A DNA stretch of 60,201 nucleotides, filler included, from Sphacelaria rigidula (Eukaryota), in the NCBI GenBank assembly GCA_964200075.2. It is 9 parts of 9 records of this genome, joined end to end, with 100 filler letters (N's around TTAATTAATTAA, not from the genome) between each part and the next. Parts side by side here need not be neighbours in the genome. Positions count along the whole stretch, not along the records: positions 33,504 to 40,103 come from CAXNAA020019133.1; positions 40,204 to 46,803 come from CAXNAA020019134.1; positions 46,904 to 53,502 come from CAXNAA020019135.1; 6 more parts are not named here. The stretch is one strand, 5' to 3'. Positions 39,433-49,819 of the stretch are shown here, one piece after another. The translations under genes and the position numbers were made by a program. Below the pieces are notes generated by a model, which saw nothing but the letters and a program-made list of their open reading frames with translations, searched no databases and had not been told where the DNA came from. Position 1 is the stretch's first letter, and each line of letters opens with the position of its first letter.

Positions 39433-39558
39433 GACAACGGAGAAGGCAGGCGACTGGGAACGCTGGTCGTGTGGCTAGACGGTGGAATCGAGAGCGATAC
39501 ACCACTCGTGGCCGTGCCCTTAAACCTGAGCGTGCTGCTGGATCTTCCACAAGACAAG
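39433..39558 (+). CDS. Internal exon of a legume (L-type) lectin-like domain protein
   Basis: Pyrimidine-rich cag| acceptor and |gtaatg donor, 126 bp, phase 0/0. DNGEGRRLGTLVVWLDGGIESDTPLVAVPLNLSVLLDLPQDK resembles the P-x-L-x-V-P-L-x-L-S segment that precedes the A-x-VGFT motif of L-type lectins. Flanking exons are not seen. Confidence 0.6.
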
Positions 39559-39639
39559 GTAATGTCCAAGCATGACTACGGATCGACGAATTCAATCAGT
39601 CGTGACTCAGAGAAGAAATCAACATAGATCAAGAGCCAT

Positions 39640-40060
39640 GCAACGACAGAGGGTAAGTGAAGCCTCGTAATCTTCTCAGACCTACGGAGAGCCGAGCGAC
39701 TCGAAAAATGCTCCCCCCACCTCACCCCTGGGGGTGTTCTTGAGCTTCCCCGTACCCAACAAGACAAGTGCTCCTCAGCAACAAAAGTTTCCCAAAGGTA
39801 GGTGCCGCTGAAAGCAATGCAGCGTTTGGTTTTATTGATTTTGTCGATCGTCGCACATTAAAATAAGTTGATCGGCCACGAACCCAGTCGTGATCACACA
39901 AGATAAACGGCACCCAAGGCGAGTAAACGGAACATCCGCCAAGGAAACTTGAGGGAGGGAAAGGGCGGGAAAAAATGGAGAGAACAGAGCCAAAAGTGAG
40001 ACGAAACATAACGAGGGAAAAAGGGTGAGGAAAATGAACGCAAACGACAACAAGAGAGTC
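39640..40060 (-). repeat. Probable LINE/SINE UTR-derived interspersed repeat(s) in an intron
   Basis: Minus strand has a pyrimidine-rich tract ending in ...cgacaaaatcaataaaacc, typical of a retroelement 3' tail. Inference only. Confidence 0.35.
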
Positions 40061-40689
40061 ATCCTACGATAGCGGGGGGGGGTATTTTGGGCCATTTGTC
40101 GCTNNNNNNNNNNNNNNNNNNNNNNNNNNNNNNNNNNNNNNNNNNNNTTAATTAATTAANNNNNNNNNNNNNNNNNNNNNNNNNNNNNNNNNNNNNNNNN
40201 NNNCTCGTAGTGTACCCAGGGCGTCAGCCGCCGCCCTCGCCAGCGGCTGGGTGGGGGGCGGCGGCGGGGGGGCTATCGTAGGAAGTGTCATTAGAATGTT
40301 CCCGCCCTTGCAAATTCCCCGTTGGTCCGCAACCGCTTGCATTGCCCGTTTCTACCTCGCAACACAAGTAAGTAGAGCTAGCTGTGCGCACGTGAGGGTT
40401 TTGACTCCGTTTCAGCGATGACATCACATTCGTATCTCATGCGACGTTGGGGTGAAGTATTCGTGCCCACACCCGAGGTCATGGTTCGACGTACGTGGGA
40501 TGTTCAAGCTCGGGCCACTTCTTCTGTCCAATCCAGGGACCGTGTCATCCCCCCCTCGTGTTTCTGCCATGTATATTCTACCGTCTCAGACGATTATCGC
40601 GAGATAGCTCACGAGCTACCCTGATTTTACCAGACGTTGACTGAAGCGTGTGTTTATTATTTTTATTATCCACCTGAATCACGCGACAG

Positions 40690-42683
40690 GCTGCGGATGC
40701 GCGGGTTTTACCAAATGTTACCAAACGCGATGCCTCAGTGGATCCGAACGTACCCATTGGACGCCGCCCCGCGAACCGGGGACGGCATCTTCCCAGGGGA
40801 GGTGATCGAGGTGATACAGGTGCGTTCGTCTCTTCAGCAAATTGGTCTTCCCACCCTCACCGGTCGTCTCATCGGCAACAAGACTCAGCGTTGGTACACC
40901 ATCAGTACCGTGTACTCAGCCTGCATTCATACCAGTACCTGTGCGCAGTTGGTAGTCAACGAGATCGACCTGGCGTCAACGAAGTTGGTGTCGCCGTTGT
41001 CCTGTAGTGGTGGCCGGCCGAGGCACGCAAAGAGCTACACTCCCACCTGAACACTGGTGACCTGCCCCTCTAAGCGTGAAGTAACTCTCTCATTAGGCTG
41101 GGGCAACATAAAGATCAATGCGAAACTGGAAGGGTGTTGTACTGGCCCTTAGACCGCCAAGTAGCCTTTTTGTGGTTCATTTGTCGCTCCTTCCACTCTG
41201 TGACGACAGGTTAGAGAGATCGAGCTAATGTGACGGATATAATAATAATATAAAAATTTTCGACTGCCACACGTTTTTTTGCATTCAATAGTCCGCACGA
41301 CAAGCGCGTGGTCCATGATTATCCATTCTGTCAATTTACTCCCGGTAAACGGATTGTGGTGAGACCCGATTCGAGTCGTGTGTCGACCTTGCCGAAGTGA
41401 TTTCTGTGGTATGTAGTGGAGTGTGCCATCCAGCACCTGATGCCGACGCCATTGAACGTGATTTGAAGCTTGAGCTCCGTATCTCGAACGACATGTATGA
41501 AACCGTGGTGCTTGCCAGCTTTCATGACCCCGTTCGTCTTTTATCGCGCTCGTTCAGGTGCTGCCAAGCGATGATATGTTTTTCCTCCGTATCGCTGACG
41601 ATCGCGGGTGGACCCCTGGTCGGACTCCGACAGACGACAACAGTCTGTTCATGGAAATCGCCGGCTCGTGCGTCGAAGATCGGTGAGAGAACGCAAGCAC
41701 TTGAGGTCCAGCATACCGTTCGCATTTTGTTTTCGTATTCCACCGACGACCAGAAATCGAGATATCTGTGCGCGCTGCTTCCCGTGGCTGCACAGGTTCA
41801 CTTGCAAGGCTGTCCAGAGGATGTGATGTTTCGGTATGACGAGTGCATCTTAGTGGGCAGTGTTTGACTACACCGTAAGGACTGCGATCCTCTCAATCTC
41901 CACGCCCCCTTAACCTGCGTATAACTCACGACCTTGCCATCTTCCCCGTTTTGTGTTCAGTCAAACATACTACTTCCGGAAGGAGATGGTGCCTGTGCTG
42001 TTTGGCCCGGGACTCAATTCTCAGGAAACGGTGAGCAAGTAGGTTCTGTCGTGAGAGTAAAGTAGTTCCAACGTTTGTTTCCGGTGTAATCAGCGCTGTG
42101 GTTTGTGTCAAAATGTTCAGAGTCGCCAGGACAAGGAGGGTTTGAACTCGAGGGAAGTCAATGTGACGCGCTGAAATGTCCATGAAAGTGGGAGAGCTTT
42201 ACTGGCATGATCGTTTAGTTTTGCGATCACCATTCTATCTCAACCACGTAAATTTTCGGGGAGTTGACGAGCTTTGAAAGACTTCGGTGCGCTGCCGTAC
42301 GCTGCGACACATGCAGTATTTCGTGCAGCTGAGATGCATGAAAACAACAAGCTTGTAAATTATATGTGGATGCCAACCATTCGTTCCGTCTTGATTACAA
42401 TTAAGTGGCAAGTCTCGTGCTCCCTCATTGTGTCGTCTCTTTCGCGTAACCAATTCGTACATCATGGCCGCGCTCTCGCCCGCATGCATGCATGCATGCA
42501 CGCACCCACCGGTAATGCTCCCAGGGTGAGGTGTTCGGGAAGGGAGACAGTGTTGACGCGATAGAACGGTTCACGCCCATCGCGACGGGGGACGGTGTTG
42601 AGTACATCAAGCTGCCGGATGAGAGGGGATGGATTCCCTTGACGCGGACGAACGGTGTGGGCACGTCTCGTTTTGGGTGGTGA
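40690..42683 (+). CDS. Uncharacterised protein with two tandem bacterial-type SH3-like (SH3b) domains, 5'-partial
   Basis: GT-AG exons 40690-40819, 41558-41682, 41961-42030 and 42525-(42654 donor or TGA 42683) join in phases 0, 2, 0. Repeat 1: WIRTYPLDAAPRTGDGIFPGEVIEVIQVLPSDDMFFLRIADDRGWTP. Repeat 2: VPVLFGPGLNSQETGEVFGKGDSVDAIERFTPIATGDGVEYIKLPDERGWIP. Confidence 0.78.
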
Positions 42684-42942
42684 GAGGTACTTCCCCACTG
42701 AGATTCGCCAACAAGCGGGGCGTTTGGAATAGCGGGAGGAGCACGCCGAGAAGGCTGCGCCTGTGTGAGTGCTTGCCTACCCAGGTATTGGCCTGTATTG
42801 GTCGAGTGTCCGCTACCTACTGTGGAAAGCCAGAGCAGCAGGGAAGGAGTATGAGCAAGCATATGGCGGACTCACTTCGAAGAACGGAAAAGTCACCACG
42901 GTGGGAGCCGTGTTCTCGAATATCTTTGCTGGGAGAGTTTAC

Positions 42943-43154
42943 CAGGGCTCTTTACGTTGCACGTCACAACTTAACGATACACGTCACAAAATTCGTTACA
43001 CGCGGAGCCCTGTGTAAAGTCAAGTCAAATCAAAATAAGCCTCGGGCCTGGCTAGTACTACGGTGGGGGACCACGGGGCCCCCCACCGTAGTACTAGCTA
43101 GGCTCAACTTGTGACGTGTAACGAAATTTGTGACGTGTGACGTAAAGAACCCTG
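42943..43154. mobile_element. hAT-like MITE (CAGGG...CCCTG) carrying an internal near-perfect hairpin
   Basis: TIR cagggctctttacgttgcacgtcacaa versus cagggttctttacgtcacacgtcacaa. Flanks GAGTTTAC/GAATTTAT (6/8). Internal stem gcctggctagtactacggtggggg / cccccaccgtagtactagctaggc at ~43048-43103. Confidence 0.72.
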
Positions 43155-43704
43155 GAATTTATGGCAGTTTCCGTGACCATTGCCCTTGGGCACCACAGAC
43201 CCTTGTGATATGTCACGTGTTTCTCGAACGCGAGTTGTGCTGTGCATACTCGAGAGCAGGATCGGAGGAGAAGTAGCCAAGCGTGTCGTCTCCCGATGTA
43301 GGTTTTTGTGGTCGGAGTGTACGAGGTGATGCATGAATCCCTCCAGGAAACTTATGTGATATTTGAGCACATTTCGTGTTTAATGTCGTTGTGCTTGGGA
43401 ATGTGGGGAGGAGGGTTTGAGCTTTCAGTGGGATCACAATACACGTGGTCACTATTTACATATTTCGAGAACCTGATGCCTGACTCTACCGACATCAATG
43501 AAAGGGCATTTAGCTTCGTATACTTTCTTGTCCTATAAGGGGAGGGACGGGTCCCGATCCTTCAACCGAGTACTGAAGAGCTGCGCCAAATGCATGTATG
43601 TGGCGATGGAGGTGTGCTGTCGGAGTGATGAATATTCCTTAGAGAACGGCAAACTGGGAAAAAATAGCCTGCCATGTGCCGCATGTGATTTTGTAGTGCC
43701 GCAT

Positions 43705-43953
43705 GACACTTTCTACGATAGCTCCCCCTCCCGAAACCAGCCCACAAATGCCACGAAAAAAATGGTCATACAGCGCCTGATGTTTGGATTCAGACTTCAT
43801 GAAGCGCCTCATATAGGCGACATTGGCGAGAACGAACCCAAGCGTGGGAATTCCCAGCTGCTCGTTGTGCTCCGGTTTTTCCATTTCGATTTACATGAAC
43901 ATTTCGCGTCCCCGAACTAGGCACTTTTCGGGGGCGCTTTTGTAGAAAGTGTC
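43705..43953. mobile_element. MITE (249 bp), GACACTTTCTAC TIR family, 4-bp TSD GCAT
   Basis: GCAT|GACACTTTCTACGATAGC...TGTAGAAAGTGTC|GCAT; interior is collinear with 30865-31111. Confidence 0.9.
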
Positions 43954-44559
43954 GCATGCGATTTTCTAGCGGTAGAATGGTGATCTGGGCATTGGGAGCG
44001 AGAGGCTGGGATACACGCAATACACGCATTTATCCACGCTCGCATCATATAGTTTACTTACGCCGCTTTTACTTTCGCTACATAGTAAACGTAGGGTGAG
44101 CCGTCGGAAATATTTAGCCACACCACCGTGTATGCTTCCAGGATAAGGAGAGGCGAAACCCGAAAGAAAATGAATTCCCGCTCACCACTGGTCTTGCGAG
44201 CTCCGAAGCTTTCCACGCGGAGGGAGTTCTCACACGGCAAGGGAAGGAGATATGGAGACTGCGGTTTGGAACCGGGTTATGTTCTCTATTTCGAAAGAGC
44301 TGTGCAGATTGGATCAAGCTCCGGCGAAAATTACTCACTCTAGGCTCGCTTAACCATCATTTCCAGAGCAGGAAGGCACACGCATGGTTTGCGATTGATG
44401 GGTCGGCCCTTGCCCGATGGTATTCAGCGCCAAACGAGCAGTGGCTTGACGTACTTTGCGCTCGATTGCCATACATCTTAATCTCGTTGTGATCACCGCG
44501 TTGAGGGTCGAGTAGAGAAAATAATTGATGTGTACCACCAATGAAACCCTTCAGTCGTC

Positions 44560-45840
44560 ATGTGGATATCCCGGGTGTATACCACATCCCACATAAATAT
44601 CCGTCTGAACTATGGACATCGTAGAATGATCTCCCACGCGAACATCCCCAAACTATATACATATATACGAATCTCGGATGGACGTCCTTGTCCCAGATGG
44701 GCATTCCAGGTGGACATTGATATCCTAGATAGAATTTCACCGACGGATATGAATCCCACATGGAGGTTATACGATAGTGCGAGATTCCCGAGCCAGGGTG
44801 CCTGTGATCACATCCTCAGATTGTATTGATATGAGGTGAAAACACACGACCCTATCTCTCCCAGGAGGCGTTGGATTGTGTTTCAACGACATAACTCAAA
44901 GCGTACCGCAGCCAGCAGTGTTTTCGGGGGACTGAGAGTAGAGGATACGATTGAGAGCGAGAAGCGATCAATTATTTGAGCAAAAATCATTGTACTTGCA
45001 TGCCGATAAAGATGAAGCAAATCGGCAGCTCTTTTCCTTGTACGAGTGATGCGTGCCGCCTGCAAGTTGCACAAAACAGCAATTTATACACAAAAATACA
45101 GGTGACTAAAGTGGCCCTCGGGTGCAGTCCATCCACGTTCAGAGAGTCAACAGTTAACAACAGGTATGTGATAGTGGTATATATGACCTCTGGTTGTGCT
45201 TCCTTAAACTCGATTTCGTCAAAACTTACGATGGGCACGGCGCCAAAGTCAAAGTCGTGTGGTTGGGAGTAAAGTCTACGTGTGGTCCCGAGATTTCGAC
45301 GTGCACGTTAGATCCTCAACGAGAAAGTACAAGAGTCACTTGTCGACAATTTGTGGATGGAAAAGTGGTCACTCACGGTATCCAGCTTTCACAGCTGCGG
45401 AAGCGCGCAAGATTTGACTCTGATATTCCTTTGCGAAGACTTCAGGCTGCGCCTCTGTGCGGTTAAGTGTGACCCTTACAACGCGAGGGCACTGGGTTGC
45501 ACTTCATTTTCTGACCCTCGCATCCGTTGGCGAAGCTAACACATGCGGGCGCATTTACCTTGCACGATGACCCTACCATCGATTGAAGCAAGCTCGATTC
45601 AATCGATAGACGAGACGTTTGAAACGACCCCACTTCTTTCAAATATACTGTGCCACATCTGTCTTACTGGCGCGTGAGTTGTGGTGGGCGCGGAAGTCCT
45701 GCAGTATCGGGGAGCCTTGCATAATCGTGCAACCGCCATCTGGGATATCATATTCACCTGGGATATCTATCTGGGACATCCATCTGGAATGGCCACACCC
45801 CAGAGGGACGACCATATCCCCGATGGATGTCCATCTCAGT
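44560..45840. repeat. Two oppositely oriented copies of a GGATAT/CCATC-rich repeat (~44560-44780 and ~45719-45840)
   Basis: The reverse complement of 44700-44780 (gcactatcgtataacctccatgtgggat...) resembles 45719 onward (gcataatcgtgcaaccgccatctgggat...). Confidence 0.55.
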
Positions 45841-46707
45841 TAAGGTTTCACAACAACCACCGAGCCACCTCAGCGCTGACTGCGATCAGCAACGGGATCG
45901 TGCTGTTACCTTTGACGATATGGCGTCGCAAGCTTCGGCATTTTATGCTGTGCAACTCCGGAGTATGCTTGGAAACGAACATCGCGATGACGGCGATTGC
46001 CATCACGGTTGATGGGCCCGCGAGCCAGTTTCTACAAGAAGGGCCAAACCTCCCCCAACACAACAGCATTTTGCTCATCGTCGCCCGGCATGACGCGGGA
46101 AGAAGGCACCTCGGCGGCGGTAGTAGACGCTCTCTTTATCGACTTTGCTGCGACCGCACACATGGTGCCTCGACGAAGCCCACTTTGAGAAACCACGTGG
46201 TCGACAGAATCGGCTGCAGGGTCTACATAATATATGGACCGTGCGGATACTCCCCGAACGCAAAGATACACGGAAATTGTGCCTTCGGAGTGACGAAGGT
46301 ACACTAGATCCTGTAGGTAAGGAAGTACGCATCACACCGGAGCTAGATGCAAGTATTTTGTTTCCGTGGCAGCGTTGCAGGATGGTTACTTTCAACGCTG
46401 TGTTCTATAATAGGGTATACCGGTGACATTTGGATACAATATTCTGTTATAGTCACCTGTGGAAAACTCCTGATTCCTAATTTCGCGCAACTATCGTAGG
46501 CAAGTGTCGCCACAAAACGATGAAACTCGACAGATTGTCGACGAAGTAGTCATTACTACTCGATCAGGGTGTTGAATCCCCCCCCCCCATGTGATGGTAT
46601 CCATATTTATCCCTATTGCATATCATGCATCTGAATACAGACATGAATCCCTAGAGGTTTCGACAAAAAAGAAAAACGGATGAGTAGGAACTAGAATTCG
46701 GCAAAAT

Positions 46708-46803
46708 GACACTTTCTACGATAGCCCCCCCCCCCAAAAGTGCATACTTTTGGGAGGCAAAATCTTCACGTAAATAGAAATGGGAAAGACCGAGCACAAC
46801 GAG
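46708..46803 (-). mobile_element. GACACTTTCTAC-family MITE, opposite orientation, cut by contig end
   Basis: TIR plus an interior matching the reverse complement of 31020-31111. The same TIR also ends at 40289. Confidence 0.85.
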
Positions 46804-47720
46804 NNNNNNNNNNNNNNNNNNNNNNNNNNNNNNNNNNNNNNNNNNNNTTAATTAATTAANNNNNNNNNNNNNNNNNNNNNNNNNNNNNNNNNNNNNNNNN
46901 NNNCTACACAGTCAACGGTCATCATCCTGCTGATCACTACATAGCACATCATGTAGGCGATATTTCGTCACAAACCGCTGACATCATGCCAGAGTTGAAA
47001 AGGTTACGAACGCTCACGTGCTACACTACGGCCGCTAGGGCAGACACAACAGTACGCACAGGCGGTCCACCTTCGATAATCACCGGATATTGCCGTCGAT
47101 AGCCGAGACGATATGGCGAGGCCGCTGGGAAAGCAGCCACCACCATAAAATTCACCAACCCTCCAGTGCCGCGACCGAAGCGCTGGCACGTGCGGTATCA
47201 CTTCCCACGCATGGTTTGTTGTTGCGAATATGTGGTGCGTATCACTCGTGGACGTTTCCGTTGCGGAAATCGACTACCGGGGTACTTTTTTGTCGTCCTC
47301 CCAAATACAAGTGCCTCTCGTGCCAAGTTCATGCTTCCGGTATGACAGCTGTACCATACGAGTCACTTGTTGGTATGGAAGTGATCGGCAGACAATCTGA
47401 CATTCTTCATCACATCTGCTAGACCAGTACTACCTAGCAGCGAACATGCGAAAGCGGAGCGGAAAATACATGCAGTTGTGTTCATGTTATCGTGTGCGAT
47501 AATCCACTTCCTGCTACTACGCAGATCTCTCGTCTCAAGTTACATCATGTTCACAAGGAAGCTTGAAGGAATGAATGAGTGGGTGGGTAAATGTCGTTTG
47601 AGTGTGGGTACGGTAGAAAATGAGCCCCAGACACGGTCGTTTTTAAAAACAAAAAATGACATGAGTTCGACAAAGACTGCACCGAAAACACCGCATTTCC
47701 TCAAACCAAAAAATACGTAC

Positions 47721-48422
47721 CCCTTCGTCTGGATCCCGCTGTTCCGGTTCGTAGAACGGGTCGTCCAAGCGATCCGGGTTCACCATGTACGGATCCATGA
47801 GATCAGGGTCGAAGTCGTCGTCATCGTCATCTTCAGTATCCTCGGCTACCGCCTTCTCGAGCGCATCCTCCCGCGCCTTCAACTCTGCCTTGAGCTTTGC
47901 AAACGTCATGTCAGGCTGCTCCCCTCCACCCTCCAGTTCTTCTCCTGACCCTTCTCCTGGTTCTGGCATCCCCGGTGTTGACATCATCAGCGGCGAGACA
48001 AATCCTGGTCGTTGACTGTTGCCCCAACTAGCCCCCGACGTCGGTACTACGGCTGCCCCGGCTGTTGTTGGTCTTCTTCCCCAAACGACGGGGGCGGCGT
48101 CATAAACATGGGTATTTCGTTGTGCGGCGCTACAACTGCTGCAACTACGACTAACGCCATAGCGCGCGCTCATAGTGCTCTCGCTCCTGTGACCGCATTT
48201 GCCCGCTTGCAATGCCCCGAAGCCATAGGTAGAGGCGCTCAAACTCCTTTCGCTCAATAATGTGTAGTACGACCACGATCGCTTGTTGCTGGCAAGACGC
48301 ACTACTGCTGAGGGAGGTACGAAGGCCTGTGTAGGCTGAGGATGAGGGGTGATAACGACCGCCAATAGAACGGTTGCTGTTACTCGTGTCATGGAAGTCA
48401 CCAGACCTTTTGCAGGATACAT
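47721..48422 (-). CDS. First exon of a nucleus-encoded, probably plastid-targeted protein of unknown function (3'-partial)
   Basis: 234-codon ORF from ATG to a GGG|gtacgt donor. Hydrophobic signal (VTATVLLAVVI) then TQA-FVP (ASAFAP-type cleavage motif of complex plastids), a Ser/Arg-rich transit-like region, a short helix TFAKLKAELKAREDALEKA and an acidic tract. Confidence 0.72.
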
Positions 48423-49819
48423 CCTGCGGTAACCCAGGGAAAGGGGGGCGGATTACACTTTGGAGTCTAAATTCGGGTGTTGGCGTTCTTGCCGTGATTT
48501 TTGTGCGGGGAAATACGAGTCGCGTGGAAGATGCATGGGGTACAAAGACGACGCAGCTTTATACCACAAATGCAATTTCGAAAGGGTTTAGCAAGCGAGC
48601 TGTGCTATTTTGTGAACAAGTACCGTTGGAGTGCATCCATTCTGGGGTGACTTATACCGACTTCTACGCAGCTGATTACAAATTCGATTTTTGAAAAAAA
48701 GAAGAGAAGGGACCGGCGGTGCGTGCGTGACATTACGAAGATGTACCACATACGGTAGCAAGAAGCGACGGAGAGGCTCGGAGTAAGATTTCGGCATACT
48801 GTGAGAAACACTCCGTTTTCAAGCTACATTCTTCGTGTATAATACAGACAAGTGCCAGGAGAAACAAGGTAATTAGAGAGCTTAAACGCATTATTGCGAC
48901 ATTGTAAGATAAGCTTACTCCTTGCTTCGCCCTATCCGCAGTCGACTCGGCCGTGCGAATGCGGCACAAGGACTCGACAGCGGTCGGTTGTTTCCAACGT
49001 CAACAACAACCAATTTTGGTATACAGTACAACAGTAGTACAGTACAGTTGTGCAATGCGAGAGAACGGAGAACATGCCTAAGGTCTGCAAATGCTCCGCT
49101 GTACTGAAGTACATGATGTCCACCAAAGCCAGAAAAAGTGAATAGCTTTATACTCCTCGGATAGGCGAGGTATTCCAAGGGGAGAGGGGGGTAGCTTTGG
49201 TGTCTAGGCGGGCACACAAGAACACGGCGACAAGAGTACAGGTACAGCGAAACAACCTACAAGGTCTGTTATACAACGTCAGCCCAGCAACGTCAGATAT
49301 CTCAACATGAACAATCCTATTTATTCAGGTGTTACAAGTACAACGCAAGCCCTTGACACTGACACTACGATCAATTTTCACGACTGAACCTACTCAGTCG
49401 TTGATCGTATATCACCTGCTCGTACCTGCTTCACGATGCTGAATCTCTCAATAGGTTCCTGCAGCTTGCTCTGCGAGAAGTAGGCCGTTTCACCTCTAAT
49501 GCTTCTACGTAAATAGTCATCTCTCAGTTCTGTGTTGACGAGGGGCGGCGGCTATCGCGGCACCACTCAAAGTACTTCCATCTTCGGGACACATGAGTCT
49601 TGATTCGCCAACAGGCTAGAAATGTGTCCGACGCTTATGCCCTTAAGCTGTATGTCGCTCTTTCACCTTTTTTCACGGAGGCTTTCACATCTCACCCAAC
49701 GCCGCTTCTGTTTATTTGTGATCGCGAATCTGATAAACATGGGCAAACGTCACAATGAAAAGCACAAAAACAGCACGCGTTTGCCGGACGGCTACTTGGT
49801 CCGGGTCTACTTTGAAAGC

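Noticed and set aside
45850..46400. Possible CRE/R2-type RT remnant on the minus strand (VVSQSGLRRG)
   Set aside because: A single weak motif; insufficient to call.
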